This document shows positions 28,275 through 37,630 of a DNA stretch of 49,179 nt, in pieces (the first letter of the stretch is position 1; the number at the start of each line of letters is the position of its first letter). Location: the NCBI GenBank assembly GCA_047635555.1, contig JBLIKS010000001.1, positions 1 through 49,179 on the forward strand, read 5' to 3'. Source of the stretch: Candidatus Azotimanducaceae bacterium. Its GTDB lineage: Bacteria; Actinomycetota; Acidimicrobiia; Acidimicrobiales; Ilumatobacteraceae. The notes under the pieces were generated by a model. That model was not told where the DNA came from, searched no databases, and worked only from the letters and a program-made list of their open reading frames with translations. A program made the position numbers and the translations under genes.

Positions 28275-29228
28275 TTAGCGCAGCAACGGCGTTCGAGCGG
28301 TGACCTTGCAATCGTCGGGCTGATAGGCCACGGCGTCACCAGCGACGTCGTCGATGCCGACGACCACGGGCACATCGGACATGCCAGGGGCGCCCCACAG
28401 AGCCGGCCCCACAATCCGAGTGACGAGGTCACAGAGCGGGAACGGTGTGTCGCCCGGGGCTGCTTGGACGCCGGCGTCATAGGCTACATCGCTCTGTGCA
28501 GCTGGCTCGGCTGCGGCTTCGTCGATACCGTCGTCGCCGACGAGAAGCGTCGTGCGGTTGAGGTCGTTGGCGAAGACAGCGAGATCTTCAGAACTGCTCA
28601 GCACTTCGAGACCCTCATCGGGCGAACCCTCACTCTCGTCGCCAAGGAGCGTGTCGGCGTTCGGCGCAGTAGGTGCATCGGCGGCACTCAATTTGCTCGC
28701 AGCTGCATCACCTGCGTCACTGAACGTTTCGTCGGCTGCTTCGACCTCGAGTTCGGCGCGAGGGCTGAGGCTCTGTTCAGCAGCGGCAGCAGCATCGATG
28801 GCGATGCTGCTGTCGTTGTTGTTCGAAGAGATGAACCCTCGGGCCACGATTCCACCGCCAAGGACGACGACGAGCCCTGCAGCAAGAACGAGAAGGCGAT
28901 TGCTGCTGCGTTGCCGCCACACGCCAACTGACGTCGGTGACGTGATTGAAGCCCGTCCGGCTGCGGCTGCCGATTGAGCGCCCGCGGGCGTGGCGTCACG
29001 GCCGAACTCGCTCGTCGGCATTCGGTCCCACACCTCGAAGGCTGCAGCAAGGTGCCGCTCGCGTGTCGAAATTGGTGCGCTGTCGGTATGGCCGAGCACG
29101 GCCCGGACCTGGCGGAGGCGTTCCACTTCCATGAGCGCTGTGGGATCACCATCGACCTGGGCGCGTTCGGTTGGTGTGGTGTCACCATCGAGATACGCGC
29201 TCGCAAGAAGGGTGAGGTCGTCGTTCAT
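28275..29228 (-). CDS. Putative transmembrane anti-sigma factor (RsmA-like)
   Basis: N-terminal LASAYLDG anti-sigma-like start, single TM, acidic extracytoplasmic part; ATGA overlap with the ECF sigma gene. Confidence 0.75.
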   Translation of the reverse strand: MNDDLTLLASAYLDGDTTPTERAQVDGDPTALMEVERLRQVRAVLGHTDSAPISTRERHLAAAFEVWDRMPTSEFGRDATPAGAQSAAAAGRASITSPTSVGVWRQRSSNRLLVLAAGLVVVLGGGIVARGFISSNNNDSSIAIDAAAAAEQSLSPRAELEVEAADETFSDAGDAAASKLSAADAPTAPNADTLLGDESEGSPDEGLEVLSSSEDLAVFANDLNRTTLLVGDDGIDEAAAEPAAQSDVAYDAGVQAAPGDTPFPLCDLVTRIVGPALWGAPGMSDVPVVVGIDDVAGDAVAYQPDDCKVTARTPLLR

Positions 29229-29923
29229 GATGAATCTGTTGGACGTTCCTGATCGGCGGCGTGGTTCCCGATGATGCGAATTTCTTCGGTGACGGGGTCG
29301 GTGACGTTCATCACGCCATCACGCTCGCTGGCGAGCAGAGTGCCCGGAGCGTCAAGCAGGTCCGCCAGGCGGAGTGATTCAGCGAGGGCTCCGCGTCCAC
29401 GAGCGATCCGCGATTTGACCGTGCCAATCGGAATCTGGAGGACGTCCGCGATTTCGTCGTAGTCGAGGTCAGCAACGTCACGGAGCACGACAGCGGCTTT
29501 GAAGTCGTCGCTCAGTTCACCGAGTGCTTCGTCGATGGCGAGGCGATCGTCGATCGCGTCGATGCGTTTGGCGGCCATCGGGTCGACCACCTCGGGTCCG
29601 GCGCTGTCGGAACCGTCGCCATGAGGGTTCATGGAATGCAGCCTGGGCCGACGTTTGCGCTTGCGAAGCTCGTCAAGCGAAGCGTTGGTGGCGATGCGAT
29701 AGGCCCAGGTGCTGAAAGCTGCTCGCCCATCAAAGCGCGGCAGGTTCCGAGCGATTTTGATCAGTGCCTCTTGGCAGGCGTCGTCGGCATCTTTGGCCCC
29801 GCCGGTGACCCGGCGACAGACCGCGTAGATGCGGTCGTAGTGGCGGCGCAGGAGCTGGTCCATTGCGCTGCGATCGCCACCCTGTGCTGCGGCGACCAGC
29901 TCGTCATCGGAGAGCGGAGCCAT
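29225..29923 (-). CDS. sigM: ECF RNA polymerase sigma factor, SigM-like
   Basis: DADDACQEA, FSTWAYRIATNASLDELR, YDEIA..L.IPIGTVKSRIARGR; syntenic with trxB/trxA. Confidence 0.85.
   Translation of the reverse strand: MAPLSDDELVAAAQGGDRSAMDQLLRRHYDRIYAVCRRVTGGAKDADDACQEALIKIARNLPRFDGRAAFSTWAYRIATNASLDELRKRKRRPRLHSMNPHGDGSDSAGPEVVDPMAAKRIDAIDDRLAIDEALGELSDDFKAAVVLRDVADLDYDEIADVLQIPIGTVKSRIARGRGALAESLRLADLLDAPGTLLASERDGVMNVTDPVTEEIRIIGNHAADQERPTDSS
29242..29268 (-). promoter_or_regulatory. ECF (SigM-type) promoter inside the sigma gene 3' end, pointing at the anti-sigma gene
   Basis: GGAACC-N17-CGTC ending 13 nt before ATG 29228. Confidence 0.7.
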
Positions 29924-29947
29924 CAGCGCGACCTCTCACTCATTGGC

Positions 29948-31864
29948 TTACCCGACCAGGGCAATCTCGCCGAGCCGACCGCGGAACGGGTTGTTATCAC
30001 TGCACGATGTATCGGCCCCAAGTTGCTTCAGAAGGACGAGCACGTGGCGTACGGGAGCTGCCGGAACGTCGGTTTGCAGCACTTCGCCTTCGGTGGCGAA
30101 TCGTTGAGCACCCAGCTGACCATCCCAGCCGCTGAGTTCGCCCGGGGCGCGCTCGGCTGACGAGGTATAAAAGTCAACGATGTACGGGCCGTTGATCACG
30201 TCGACGGTCAGGGCCTGCTGTGCGGGTTGATCGAGGGTGACAACGAGGCCGACACCAACTTTGCCGCCCATGTACTCGCCGCCGTAGCACACCGTGCGCC
30301 AGCTGGTGCTTGCGAGGCCATCACTGACGGCGAGCATGGCCTCGTCGTCGTATTCTTCGCGGTCACCATCAGGGTCGAACGTGGTGATGCCAGCGATTGA
30401 GGCCGGGCCGGTGGGCGTCACTTGAGCAGGAGCATCTCCGCTCGCTGCGAGCTCGCCGTTCTGGGCTGTTGCGGTGTCGACTCCAGCGACGATGGAAGCT
30501 CCAGGGACCACGTTTGCGGGTGGATTCGACCCGTCGTCATCACTTCCGAACTGCGCGCTCATGACCAGTGCAATGGCGACGATGGCGGCCAGCAGCAGGA
30601 GACTGCCAATCACGGTGAGCGACGGCTTCCACCCCTGCGACATGCCTTTGACGGGCTCGCCACGGAGCTTTGCACCAGCGTGCGGTGTGTTGTCGCGCTG
30701 GCGAGGTTCCCGTGGGGGTTGTTGAATCGGCATTGTGCCGGTGATTTGCTCTGGCTCACCCGGTATGCGACGACGCCCAGGGAGGGGAGCGAGGGGACGG
30801 AGCGGATTGGTGGGCGCCTGGCGTTCATCGATGGGATGATCACGCCGTTGTGGGTCACTCGGTGTCTGATCGCGACGTTGACGCGGGGTTCCGTCTGGTG
30901 ATGAATCGCCGCGGGAGGCGCGCCGACGGTCGTCGGCGCGGCCATCGAGATCTGAGGGTGCACGACGGAGACGACCTGCGGAGAACGGCGCGACCATTGA
31001 GCGCTCGTGGGGGGTTTCGTCGATGTCAGGCGGGCCTTCGGCGGCGGCTTGCTCGAGTGCGGCAACCAGGTCGGCGCCAGTTGCCGGACGGTGCATCGGG
31101 TTGCGTGCGAGGAGCTGATGGATGATTGTCACCAGGCTCGTCGGCAGCGTCGCACGAAGTCGTGAGAGATCGGTCGGGTCGCGCTGGAGGCGCGCGAGCG
31201 CAGTGTCGGCATCGCTTTCGCCGAGGAACGGCACTCGTCCGGCGAGGCACTCGTACAAAACCAAGCCCAGCGAATACAGATCAGCGCGACCGTCGAGCTT
31301 CTTGCCGCGGACCTGTTCGGGCGACAGGTACTTCGCCGTGCCCATCATGATGTTTTCACTCGTCAGATCGTCGCCGCCTTGGAGGGCCTTGGCGATGCCG
31401 AAGTCGGTGAGGAGCACCCGTCCGTCTGGGGTAATCATGATGTTTCCCGGCTTCACGTCACGGTGGACGAAGTTGTTCTCGTGCGCGTGATGCAGCGCCG
31501 CAGCCGTGCAGGCGCCGATGTGCGCGGTGAGTTCGGGAGAGAGGCGCTTTTGTGTGTCGAGCAGCTGCCGCAGGCTCTTGCCATCGACGAGCTGCATCAC
31601 CACGGCCTGGCGACCCTCGTGTTCGAACACGTCATGAACGGCGACGATGTTCGGGTGGTTGAGGCTCGCTGCTGCGATTGCCTCACGTCGGAAGCGTTCC
31701 GCAACGACTTCGTCAGAAGCCAATGCAGGCTTGAGCCACTTGACTGCGACCTTCCGGTCCAGCGTGAGGTCGACGGCGAGCCAGACCTCGGCCATACCAC
31801 CCTGAGCCAGGCGGCGTTTCAGTTCGTAACGCTCGGCGATCAGCGTTGAAGTCGGGTCGGACAT
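29948..31864 (-). CDS. Transmembrane Hanks-type Ser/Thr kinase with C-terminal discoidin-like extracytoplasmic domain
   Basis: GGMAEVW, VAVK, HRDVKPGN, DFG and GTAKYLSPEQ are all intact; TM helix; C-terminal FDP.GD..E...A..DG...TSW.T motif; no PASTA repeats. Confidence 0.92.
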   Translation of the reverse strand: MSDPTSTLIAERYELKRRLAQGGMAEVWLAVDLTLDRKVAVKWLKPALASDEVVAERFRREAIAAASLNHPNIVAVHDVFEHEGRQAVVMQLVDGKSLRQLLDTQKRLSPELTAHIGACTAAALHHAHENNFVHRDVKPGNIMITPDGRVLLTDFGIAKALQGGDDLTSENIMMGTAKYLSPEQVRGKKLDGRADLYSLGLVLYECLAGRVPFLGESDADTALARLQRDPTDLSRLRATLPTSLVTIIHQLLARNPMHRPATGADLVAALEQAAAEGPPDIDETPHERSMVAPFSAGRLRRAPSDLDGRADDRRRASRGDSSPDGTPRQRRDQTPSDPQRRDHPIDERQAPTNPLRPLAPLPGRRRIPGEPEQITGTMPIQQPPREPRQRDNTPHAGAKLRGEPVKGMSQGWKPSLTVIGSLLLLAAIVAIALVMSAQFGSDDDGSNPPANVVPGASIVAGVDTATAQNGELAASGDAPAQVTPTGPASIAGITTFDPDGDREEYDDEAMLAVSDGLASTSWRTVCYGGEYMGGKVGVGLVVTLDQPAQQALTVDVINGPYIVDFYTSSAERAPGELSGWDGQLGAQRFATEGEVLQTDVPAAPVRHVLVLLKQLGADTSCSDNNPFRGRLGEIALVG

Positions 31865-31956
31865 GGTCAATTGAGACGTTACTTGGCTGGCGGTTTGATC
31901 ATGGGGCAATGCACCGGTTGCTGCTGTGCTGTTGTTCGACCAGTTGAAGGGGTGGT

Positions 31957-32013
31957 CCAGTTCTGTGTGAGGAGACATTGCCAACGACGCGGCAATCGCT
32001 CACACAAAACAGG
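31957..32013. repeat. REP-like inverted repeat, copy 2
   Basis: CCAGTTCTGTGTGAG...CTCACACAAAACAGG arms. The 17 nt CAATCGCTCACACAAAA are identical to 16098-16114. Confidence 0.75.
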
Positions 32014-32065
32014 CAGGGGGGTTAGGCAGGGGGGTTAGGCAGGGGGGTCAGGCAGGGGGGTCAGG
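32011..32065 (+). repeat. 4 x 13-bp tandem repeat with G6 tracts (G-quadruplex motif)
   Basis: AGGCAGGGGGGT(T/C) four times. Confidence 0.92.
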
Positions 32066-32077
32066 AGCCAACAAACC

Positions 32078-32941
32078 TTAGAGTTCGTGGAACGCCACGC
32101 CGATCGTTCCCCGGCCCCCGTGGGTGCCGATGACGGGGCCGATTTCGCCGATGACGATGTCGCCGTCGTAGTGCGGGGTGAGCATGTCGACGAACAGGTC
32201 GACGTCGCTGCAGTCGGCGTGGAGCACCGCGAGGTTCTCGATCTTGCCGTCAAAGCTCCGCACTTTGTCAACGAGATACTTGAGCGCCTTCGAACGGGTG
32301 CGCTGCTTGCCGGCTTCTTCGACGATGCCACCAGCGACTTCGATGATCGGCTTGATCGACAGGACGGTGGCGAGCATTGCCTTCGCGTTGCCGACGCGGC
32401 CGCCTTTTTTCAAATTCTCGAGCGTGTCGAGTGCACCGAACACCCGGGTGCGCTGGGCGAGATCGGTGGCGAGTGCTTCGACGTCATCAATCGATCCACC
32501 GTCGCGTCCAGCGCGGGCGCAAGCGAGAGCAATGGTGCCAAGGCCGAGGGTGACGGTGCGGCTGTCGACGACGCGAACGTCGAAATCGATCGAATCGTCG
32601 TTGGCGATGGAACGTGCTGCGAGTTCGGCGCTCTGCATGGTGGCCGAGAGGGCGCCCGACAGTGAGACGACAACTACACCCGCTGCGCCTTCGTCTTTGA
32701 GCCGTCGGTACACGGTCTCGAATTGGCCGGGTGCGGGTGCTGCGGTTTCGGGCAGCGTGTCTGATCCGGCGCACCGGCTCCAGAATTCAGCAACCGTGAG
32801 CTCTTTGCGGTCGATCAGCTCATCGTCGCCGAAGCGGATGCTGAGCGGCACGATCACGATGCCGAGTTCGTCGGCGATCTCTTGGGGCAGGTCACACGAG
32901 CTGTCGGTGACGATTCGAACAATGTTTGTTGGCGCGCTCAC
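32078..32941 (-). CDS. DegV family fatty-acid-binding protein (FakB-like)
   Basis: IVTDSSCDLP, LS..LS.T.QSA, VVDS, L.NL.KGGR, IKPII, IGPVIGTHGG.G. Confidence 0.93.
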   Translation of the reverse strand: MSAPTNIVRIVTDSSCDLPQEIADELGIVIVPLSIRFGDDELIDRKELTVAEFWSRCAGSDTLPETAAPAPGQFETVYRRLKDEGAAGVVVVSLSGALSATMQSAELAARSIANDDSIDFDVRVVDSRTVTLGLGTIALACARAGRDGGSIDDVEALATDLAQRTRVFGALDTLENLKKGGRVGNAKAMLATVLSIKPIIEVAGGIVEEAGKQRTRSKALKYLVDKVRSFDGKIENLAVLHADCSDVDLFVDMLTPHYDGDIVIGEIGPVIGTHGGRGTIGVAFHEL

Positions 32942-35214
32942 GGAGACGAGAGGTTAGTCGCCTCGGCGCTGGCGTCGCCAGCATCTCGACCAGCATCTCG
33001 ACCAGCATCTTGCGGAACATTTGAATCGGCATCGCGTCGTTTGCGCCAGCTCGCGAACCACCAGGTGCCCAGCAGGATGATGAATGCTCCCGTGAGTACC
33101 TGGCCGAGGCCGGTCAGTGCGTTCACGCGTGACGTCAATACCACTGGTTCACCGAGCGGGTCGCCGAGTGGCGTGAGCAACGCGACGTTGACAGCCGAGG
33201 TTCCGTTCGAGCGAGCTCGGACCGGCACCCGAATGTCGGTGCTGTCATTCGGGCGCAGGGTGATCAACTGGTCGCTGTTCGGAAAGGCGAGTTTCGATGA
33301 CGACATCTGCAAGATGACGGTGAGCGGATCGCTGCTGGTGTTCCTGAGCCGAATGGTGATCTCGTCGGCGTTGCCTGTCAATGTGAAGGTAAACGGATCA
33401 GGCAGAACAACAGCGTCGAGGATACGACCGGCTTCGTCAAGCACACCGTCGATCTGGGCGTTGGCTGCGTTGTCGTTGACCGACGTCGAGACGAGGCGAT
33501 CGAGTTCATCGAACCAATCAGCAGTCCGTCCGCCGTCGGGCGCCAGCATCGATCCAGCGCTGGTCAGCGACAGCTTGGCGTCGTTGATGCGTTGGAGCCG
33601 CGCAGTGAGATCAGGTCCTGCGACATCTGGGAACGTGATTTCACTTGATCCGAGTCGTTGCACGTCTGTCGAGCCGATCAGCGTCGACGGTGCAGCAAAA
33701 CGGAGGTCGGGTGTCAGTTCGGCGATGTCGGCGAGCGCATTGATGAGTCGCGGATCGAGCGCGGTGAGGTCGGGCCCTGAAAGAAGTCGTGTCCGACGGA
33801 CATTACGGCCGTTCTCCCGATGGTCGAGAACCAACTCGGTGGCCATCCGCACGGCCCACTCGACTGTTGTCTGTTCAGCGAGAACGTCGTCGGCGACGTC
33901 CGTGGTCAATGATGCACTGAGTTGGTCGACCAGCAGGACTGGCATGTTGCCGCCGTCGGGGAGCGGGAGCTCGACAAGCCGGTCTGTGTCGGGAACGTTC
34001 TCGGAGATAGTCATCGCGTAGAGCTCAGGCGTCATCACGACGTACCGGACGCCGAGATCACGAAGCAGCTGTGCCCCGCCACCGCTGAGCGGCGCAGAAG
34101 CAATCCACACAACGCGGGTTGGTGTCTGACGCAAGACGTCGGTGACGATGTCTTCGCCAGCGTTAAGAGCCCGAGTGAAGACGTCGGAGACGCCTGCTGC
34201 GACAGCTGATGACACGTCCAGTTCGACGTCGGTGTGGGTGGTGATTTCGTCGTTGTCGAAGGCCACCACAGCCGCTTGCGGATCGGCGAGCGCGGAGACC
34301 GCTGTGGGTGGCACTGCAGCGAGGATGGGGGGAGTGAGCTTGCCAGCCGCGCCGACGAGGGTGACGATTTCATCCTGCGTGGCCAGTGCGTCGGTCAGTG
34401 ACCCATTGGACCGGCTGACTTCAGCAACCAAGCCCAGTGTGACGGGTTCGGCCGGGCGCTGGGTCTCATCGCTGCCGGGCTGGCGTTCGATGATCGTGCC
34501 GTGAGTGGCGACCAGGTTGTCGTTGATGAGGAGTTGCATTCGTATCGGCGTGAATCCAGGGTCTGGGAACTCGAGGCTGTCCGGTCCGCTCAGCACCTCG
34601 TCGCCGCCGGTGTCGGTCGGTATCTCGAGGGTGAGGGTTGCTTCGGTGGGCGTGATGATTTCGACTTGGTTGCGAGCGTCGGCGAACCGGACGCCATCGA
34701 TGTTGTTGCGGAACGCACCCGGCTGAGCAGCCTGGCCAAAAATTCGATCGAAAACGGGGCTGTCAGCACTCGTGATGGCTTCGAAGTTGGCGATGTCGAC
34801 CGTGAGCGAGGGGATGGGCGCAACCGTGGTGATGGTGGTCGTCGGCGATGCAGTGGTGCCGGGTCTGGTGGTCTCGGGTGGCGCGGTTGCGTTGACGGCT
34901 GGCGCTGCCGGGTCGATCGGGATCGTGGTGGTCGTGGTGGTCGTGGTGGTCGTGGTGGTCGTGGTGGTTGTTGTCGGGGGTGTGATGCCGCCTGCAGCGA
35001 GGTCGCCGGTGATTCGGTAGACGAGGCGAATTGAGGCGCCAGGGCGGAACGTGAAATCTTGCTCGATGAGCTCAACCCGGAGGCCGGTGCGCTGTTGGGC
35101 GGCCTGTTCGGTGGGCGTGGGAGTACCGCTTGCAACTCCTGCAGTGACTGCGGCGCTTGCGAAGAGTACGGAGGCTGCGACGAGGAGGCCACTGAGTGTG
35201 TGTCGAAGGCCCAT
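32938..35214 (-). CDS. DUF6049-like secreted, C-terminally anchored glycoprotein
   Basis: Signal peptide, 17-Thr run, C-terminal beta domain (V.ARSNGT..V.V.L.TP.G) and a TM. Occupies the DUF6049 position next to cca. Start ATG 35214 is coupled to the upstream TGA. Confidence 0.75.
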   Translation of the reverse strand: MGLRHTLSGLLVAASVLFASAAVTAGVASGTPTPTEQAAQQRTGLRVELIEQDFTFRPGASIRLVYRITGDLAAGGITPPTTTTTTTTTTTTTTTTTIPIDPAAPAVNATAPPETTRPGTTASPTTTITTVAPIPSLTVDIANFEAITSADSPVFDRIFGQAAQPGAFRNNIDGVRFADARNQVEIITPTEATLTLEIPTDTGGDEVLSGPDSLEFPDPGFTPIRMQLLINDNLVATHGTIIERQPGSDETQRPAEPVTLGLVAEVSRSNGSLTDALATQDEIVTLVGAAGKLTPPILAAVPPTAVSALADPQAAVVAFDNDEITTHTDVELDVSSAVAAGVSDVFTRALNAGEDIVTDVLRQTPTRVVWIASAPLSGGGAQLLRDLGVRYVVMTPELYAMTISENVPDTDRLVELPLPDGGNMPVLLVDQLSASLTTDVADDVLAEQTTVEWAVRMATELVLDHRENGRNVRRTRLLSGPDLTALDPRLINALADIAELTPDLRFAAPSTLIGSTDVQRLGSSEITFPDVAGPDLTARLQRINDAKLSLTSAGSMLAPDGGRTADWFDELDRLVSTSVNDNAANAQIDGVLDEAGRILDAVVLPDPFTFTLTGNADEITIRLRNTSSDPLTVILQMSSSKLAFPNSDQLITLRPNDSTDIRVPVRARSNGTSAVNVALLTPLGDPLGEPVVLTSRVNALTGLGQVLTGAFIILLGTWWFASWRKRRDADSNVPQDAGRDAGRDAGDASAEATNLSSP

Positions 35215-35966
35215 CACGTGAAAATGTGTTCGAGAATCTGCAGTGTTTCGGCGCGCCGGGTGAATCCGAGTGAGCGGTAGAGGTCGAGCGCGGCGTCGTT
35301 GTCGACGCCGGTGTTGACGAGCGCGGTTGAGGCGCCGCGCCGTTCCATCCAGTGCAGAGCACCTCCGACGAGGTGCCGTGCATGGCCGCGTCGACGCGCA
35401 TCGGGATGGACCGCAAGGCGTTGCAGGTATCCGTAGCGGCCTGATTGACCGCTGATGGCGAAGGCTTCGAGGCCGTTGGGACCCTCGACAACGCGCGCCT
35501 GATGCCGTGCGGTGGCCGTGGTGATGTCGCCGAGTGAACGGACGTCGTTGCCCCACGGATCGCCAAATGCTGTCCGGTCAAGTTCGGCGATCGCCGGGAG
35601 GTCGCTTGAGCGCATCCGCCGTGTCGTTGTACGGACGGTCCGGCGTGTCGTTGGACGGACGGTCCGGCGTGTCGTTGGACGACCGCGATCACTGCGCGTC
35701 AGAAGACGGATGTCGAGAAGGGCCAGCGTGTCGATTGTGGTGAAGCCGGCGTCAACGAAGACACTGGCCGCCTCGGGGAACATCGCGCCCGTCCGCATCG
35801 CGCGTTTCGGTTCGGGTGCTTGACGCGCCTCGGCGATCCAGGCCCCGACGTTGGTGCGGGTCGGCACCATGTGGTGGTCGAGAAGCACCAGGTGGGCGAC
35901 GTCGGGTTCGTAGGGCCAGGTGTCGAGGCGCCCGTGCACCGTGTCTCGCGCCGTCGCCGTCGTCAC
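35214..35966 (-). CDS. GNAT family N-acetyltransferase
   Basis: YLQRLAVHPDARRRGHA (motif A) and N.AAL.LYRSLGF (motif B). Confidence 0.88.
   Translation of the reverse strand: MTTATARDTVHGRLDTWPYEPDVAHLVLLDHHMVPTRTNVGAWIAEARQAPEPKRAMRTGAMFPEAASVFVDAGFTTIDTLALLDIRLLTRSDRGRPTTRRTVRPTTRRTVRTTTRRMRSSDLPAIAELDRTAFGDPWGNDVRSLGDITTATARHQARVVEGPNGLEAFAISGQSGRYGYLQRLAVHPDARRRGHARHLVGGALHWMERRGASTALVNTGVDNDAALDLYRSLGFTRRAETLQILEHIFT
35617..35681. repeat. About 2.7 x 24-bp in-frame tandem repeat in the GNAT linker (PTTRRTVR)
   Basis: CGGCGTGTCGTTGGACGGACGGTC units. Confidence 0.85.
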
Positions 35967-36093
35967 GAGGTCAACGTTACTTGCCCGATGCCTGCTCGGC
36001 CCGTGCAGTGGACCAGCAGTCTGAAAGAGAACCGCCCGGTGAGATTGTCGGCAGATGATAGAAGTGAGCGGTCAACCAATATCGTGATCAGTC

Positions 36094-37569
36094 GTGGTGC
36101 CAGAACGATTCGAACCCGTCTTGCGCGAGCTGTCGCCGCTTGCCGAGCGTTTTCATGCAGCCGGTCACCGTCTCTACCTGGTCGGCGGCACCGTGCGCGA
36201 CCTCCTCGTTGACAGTGGAAAGATCGATTTCGACCTCGATCTGACGACCGATGCACGGCCGCCCGAGATCAAGGCCTGCCTTGAGGGCTGGGCCGACGCA
36301 ATCTGGACGCAGGGCGAGAAGTTCGGCACGATCGGCGCGCACAAGGTCAATCCGGAAACCGGTGCAACACGGCCGTACGAGATCACCACGTTCCGGGCCG
36401 AGGCCTACACCGACGATTCCCGCAAACCACATGTCGTGTTCGCCGACGAGATCGAAGCCGACTTGGCGCGGCGCGACTTCACCGTCAATGCAATGGCGTT
36501 GGAACTGACCGGCGATGCCGCTGGTGCCGGAGCCGCCATGCCGACCTTGGTTGACCCCTTCCATGGTGCGCGAGACCTGGCCACGAAGACCTTACGTACG
36601 CCCCTCGGCCCTGAGGTGAGTTTCAGCGACGACCCGTTGCGGATGCTGCGTGCCGCCCGGTTCATCGCGCGATACCAGCTGCAGCCGACAGATGAACTCG
36701 TGGCGGCGGTCAAGGAAATGTCGAACCGCTTAGAGATCGTGTCGGCTGAACGGATTCGCGACGAGCTCGACAAGTTGATGGTCCTTGACCATCCGACTGC
36801 TGGCCTGTGGTTTCTGATCGAGAACGGTCTGGCCGACGAGTTCCTGCCCGAATTGCCGGCGATGCAGCTCGAACACGATCCGATTCATCGGCACAAAGAT
36901 GTGTTGACGCATTCGTTGGCGGTTGTCGAGAATGTCCGCCCGCTGCACGAGCACCCAGCAATCGAATCCGGCGATCGACCCCAGTTCGACTTCCGCCTGA
37001 CGCGCCTCGCAGCGTTGTTTCACGACATCGGCAAGCCGAAGACACGCGGCTACCTCGAGGGTAAGGGGACAACGTTTCACCATCACGATGCCGTTGGCGC
37101 CCGGATGACGAAGAAGCGTCTGAGCGCACTGCGCTATTCCAATGACGACGTCAAGGCGATCACCGAACTTGTTGCCCTTCATCTGCGCTTCCACACGTAT
37201 TCGATGGGATGGTCGGACTCGGCTGTGCGCCGCTACGTCCGCGACGCTGGCCCGTTGCTGCAGGAACTGAATGTTCTGACGCGCTGCGACTGCACGACGC
37301 GCAACGCCAAGAAGGCAGCGCGCCTGTCGCGCCGGATGGACGAACTCGAAGAACGCATCGACGAGCTGGCCGAGGCCGAAGAACTTGCTGCGCTGCGTCC
37401 TGAGATGGATGGCAACTCGGTGATTGAGCATCTCGGTATTAAGCCGGGTCGCGAAGTCGGTCAAGCCATGGTTTTCCTGATGGAAGTTCGACTCGAAGAG
37501 GGTCTGATCGGCGAAGACGCTGTCCGCGCCCGCCTCGATGAGTGGTGGGCTCAAAACGGACATCCCTGA
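36094..37569 (+). CDS. cca: CCA tRNA nucleotidyltransferase with HD domain
   Basis: LVGGTVRD, DLDLTT, RRDFTVNAMA, DDPLRMLRAARF, HDIGKP. Confidence 0.93.
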   Translation: MVPERFEPVLRELSPLAERFHAAGHRLYLVGGTVRDLLVDSGKIDFDLDLTTDARPPEIKACLEGWADAIWTQGEKFGTIGAHKVNPETGATRPYEITTFRAEAYTDDSRKPHVVFADEIEADLARRDFTVNAMALELTGDAAGAGAAMPTLVDPFHGARDLATKTLRTPLGPEVSFSDDPLRMLRAARFIARYQLQPTDELVAAVKEMSNRLEIVSAERIRDELDKLMVLDHPTAGLWFLIENGLADEFLPELPAMQLEHDPIHRHKDVLTHSLAVVENVRPLHEHPAIESGDRPQFDFRLTRLAALFHDIGKPKTRGYLEGKGTTFHHHDAVGARMTKKRLSALRYSNDDVKAITELVALHLRFHTYSMGWSDSAVRRYVRDAGPLLQELNVLTRCDCTTRNAKKAARLSRRMDELEERIDELAEAEELAALRPEMDGNSVIEHLGIKPGREVGQAMVFLMEVRLEEGLIGEDAVRARLDEWWAQNGHP

Positions 37570-37630
37570 TCTCTGCGCCGTCGGGTCGTATTTTGACGTG
37601 GTGCGCACAGAAGCAATACGGCGAAGAGCA

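Noticed and set aside
35215-35556. N-terminal 114 aa of the 872-aa ORF
   Set aside because: It overlaps the GNAT gene in another frame; the signal peptide begins at ATG 35214.
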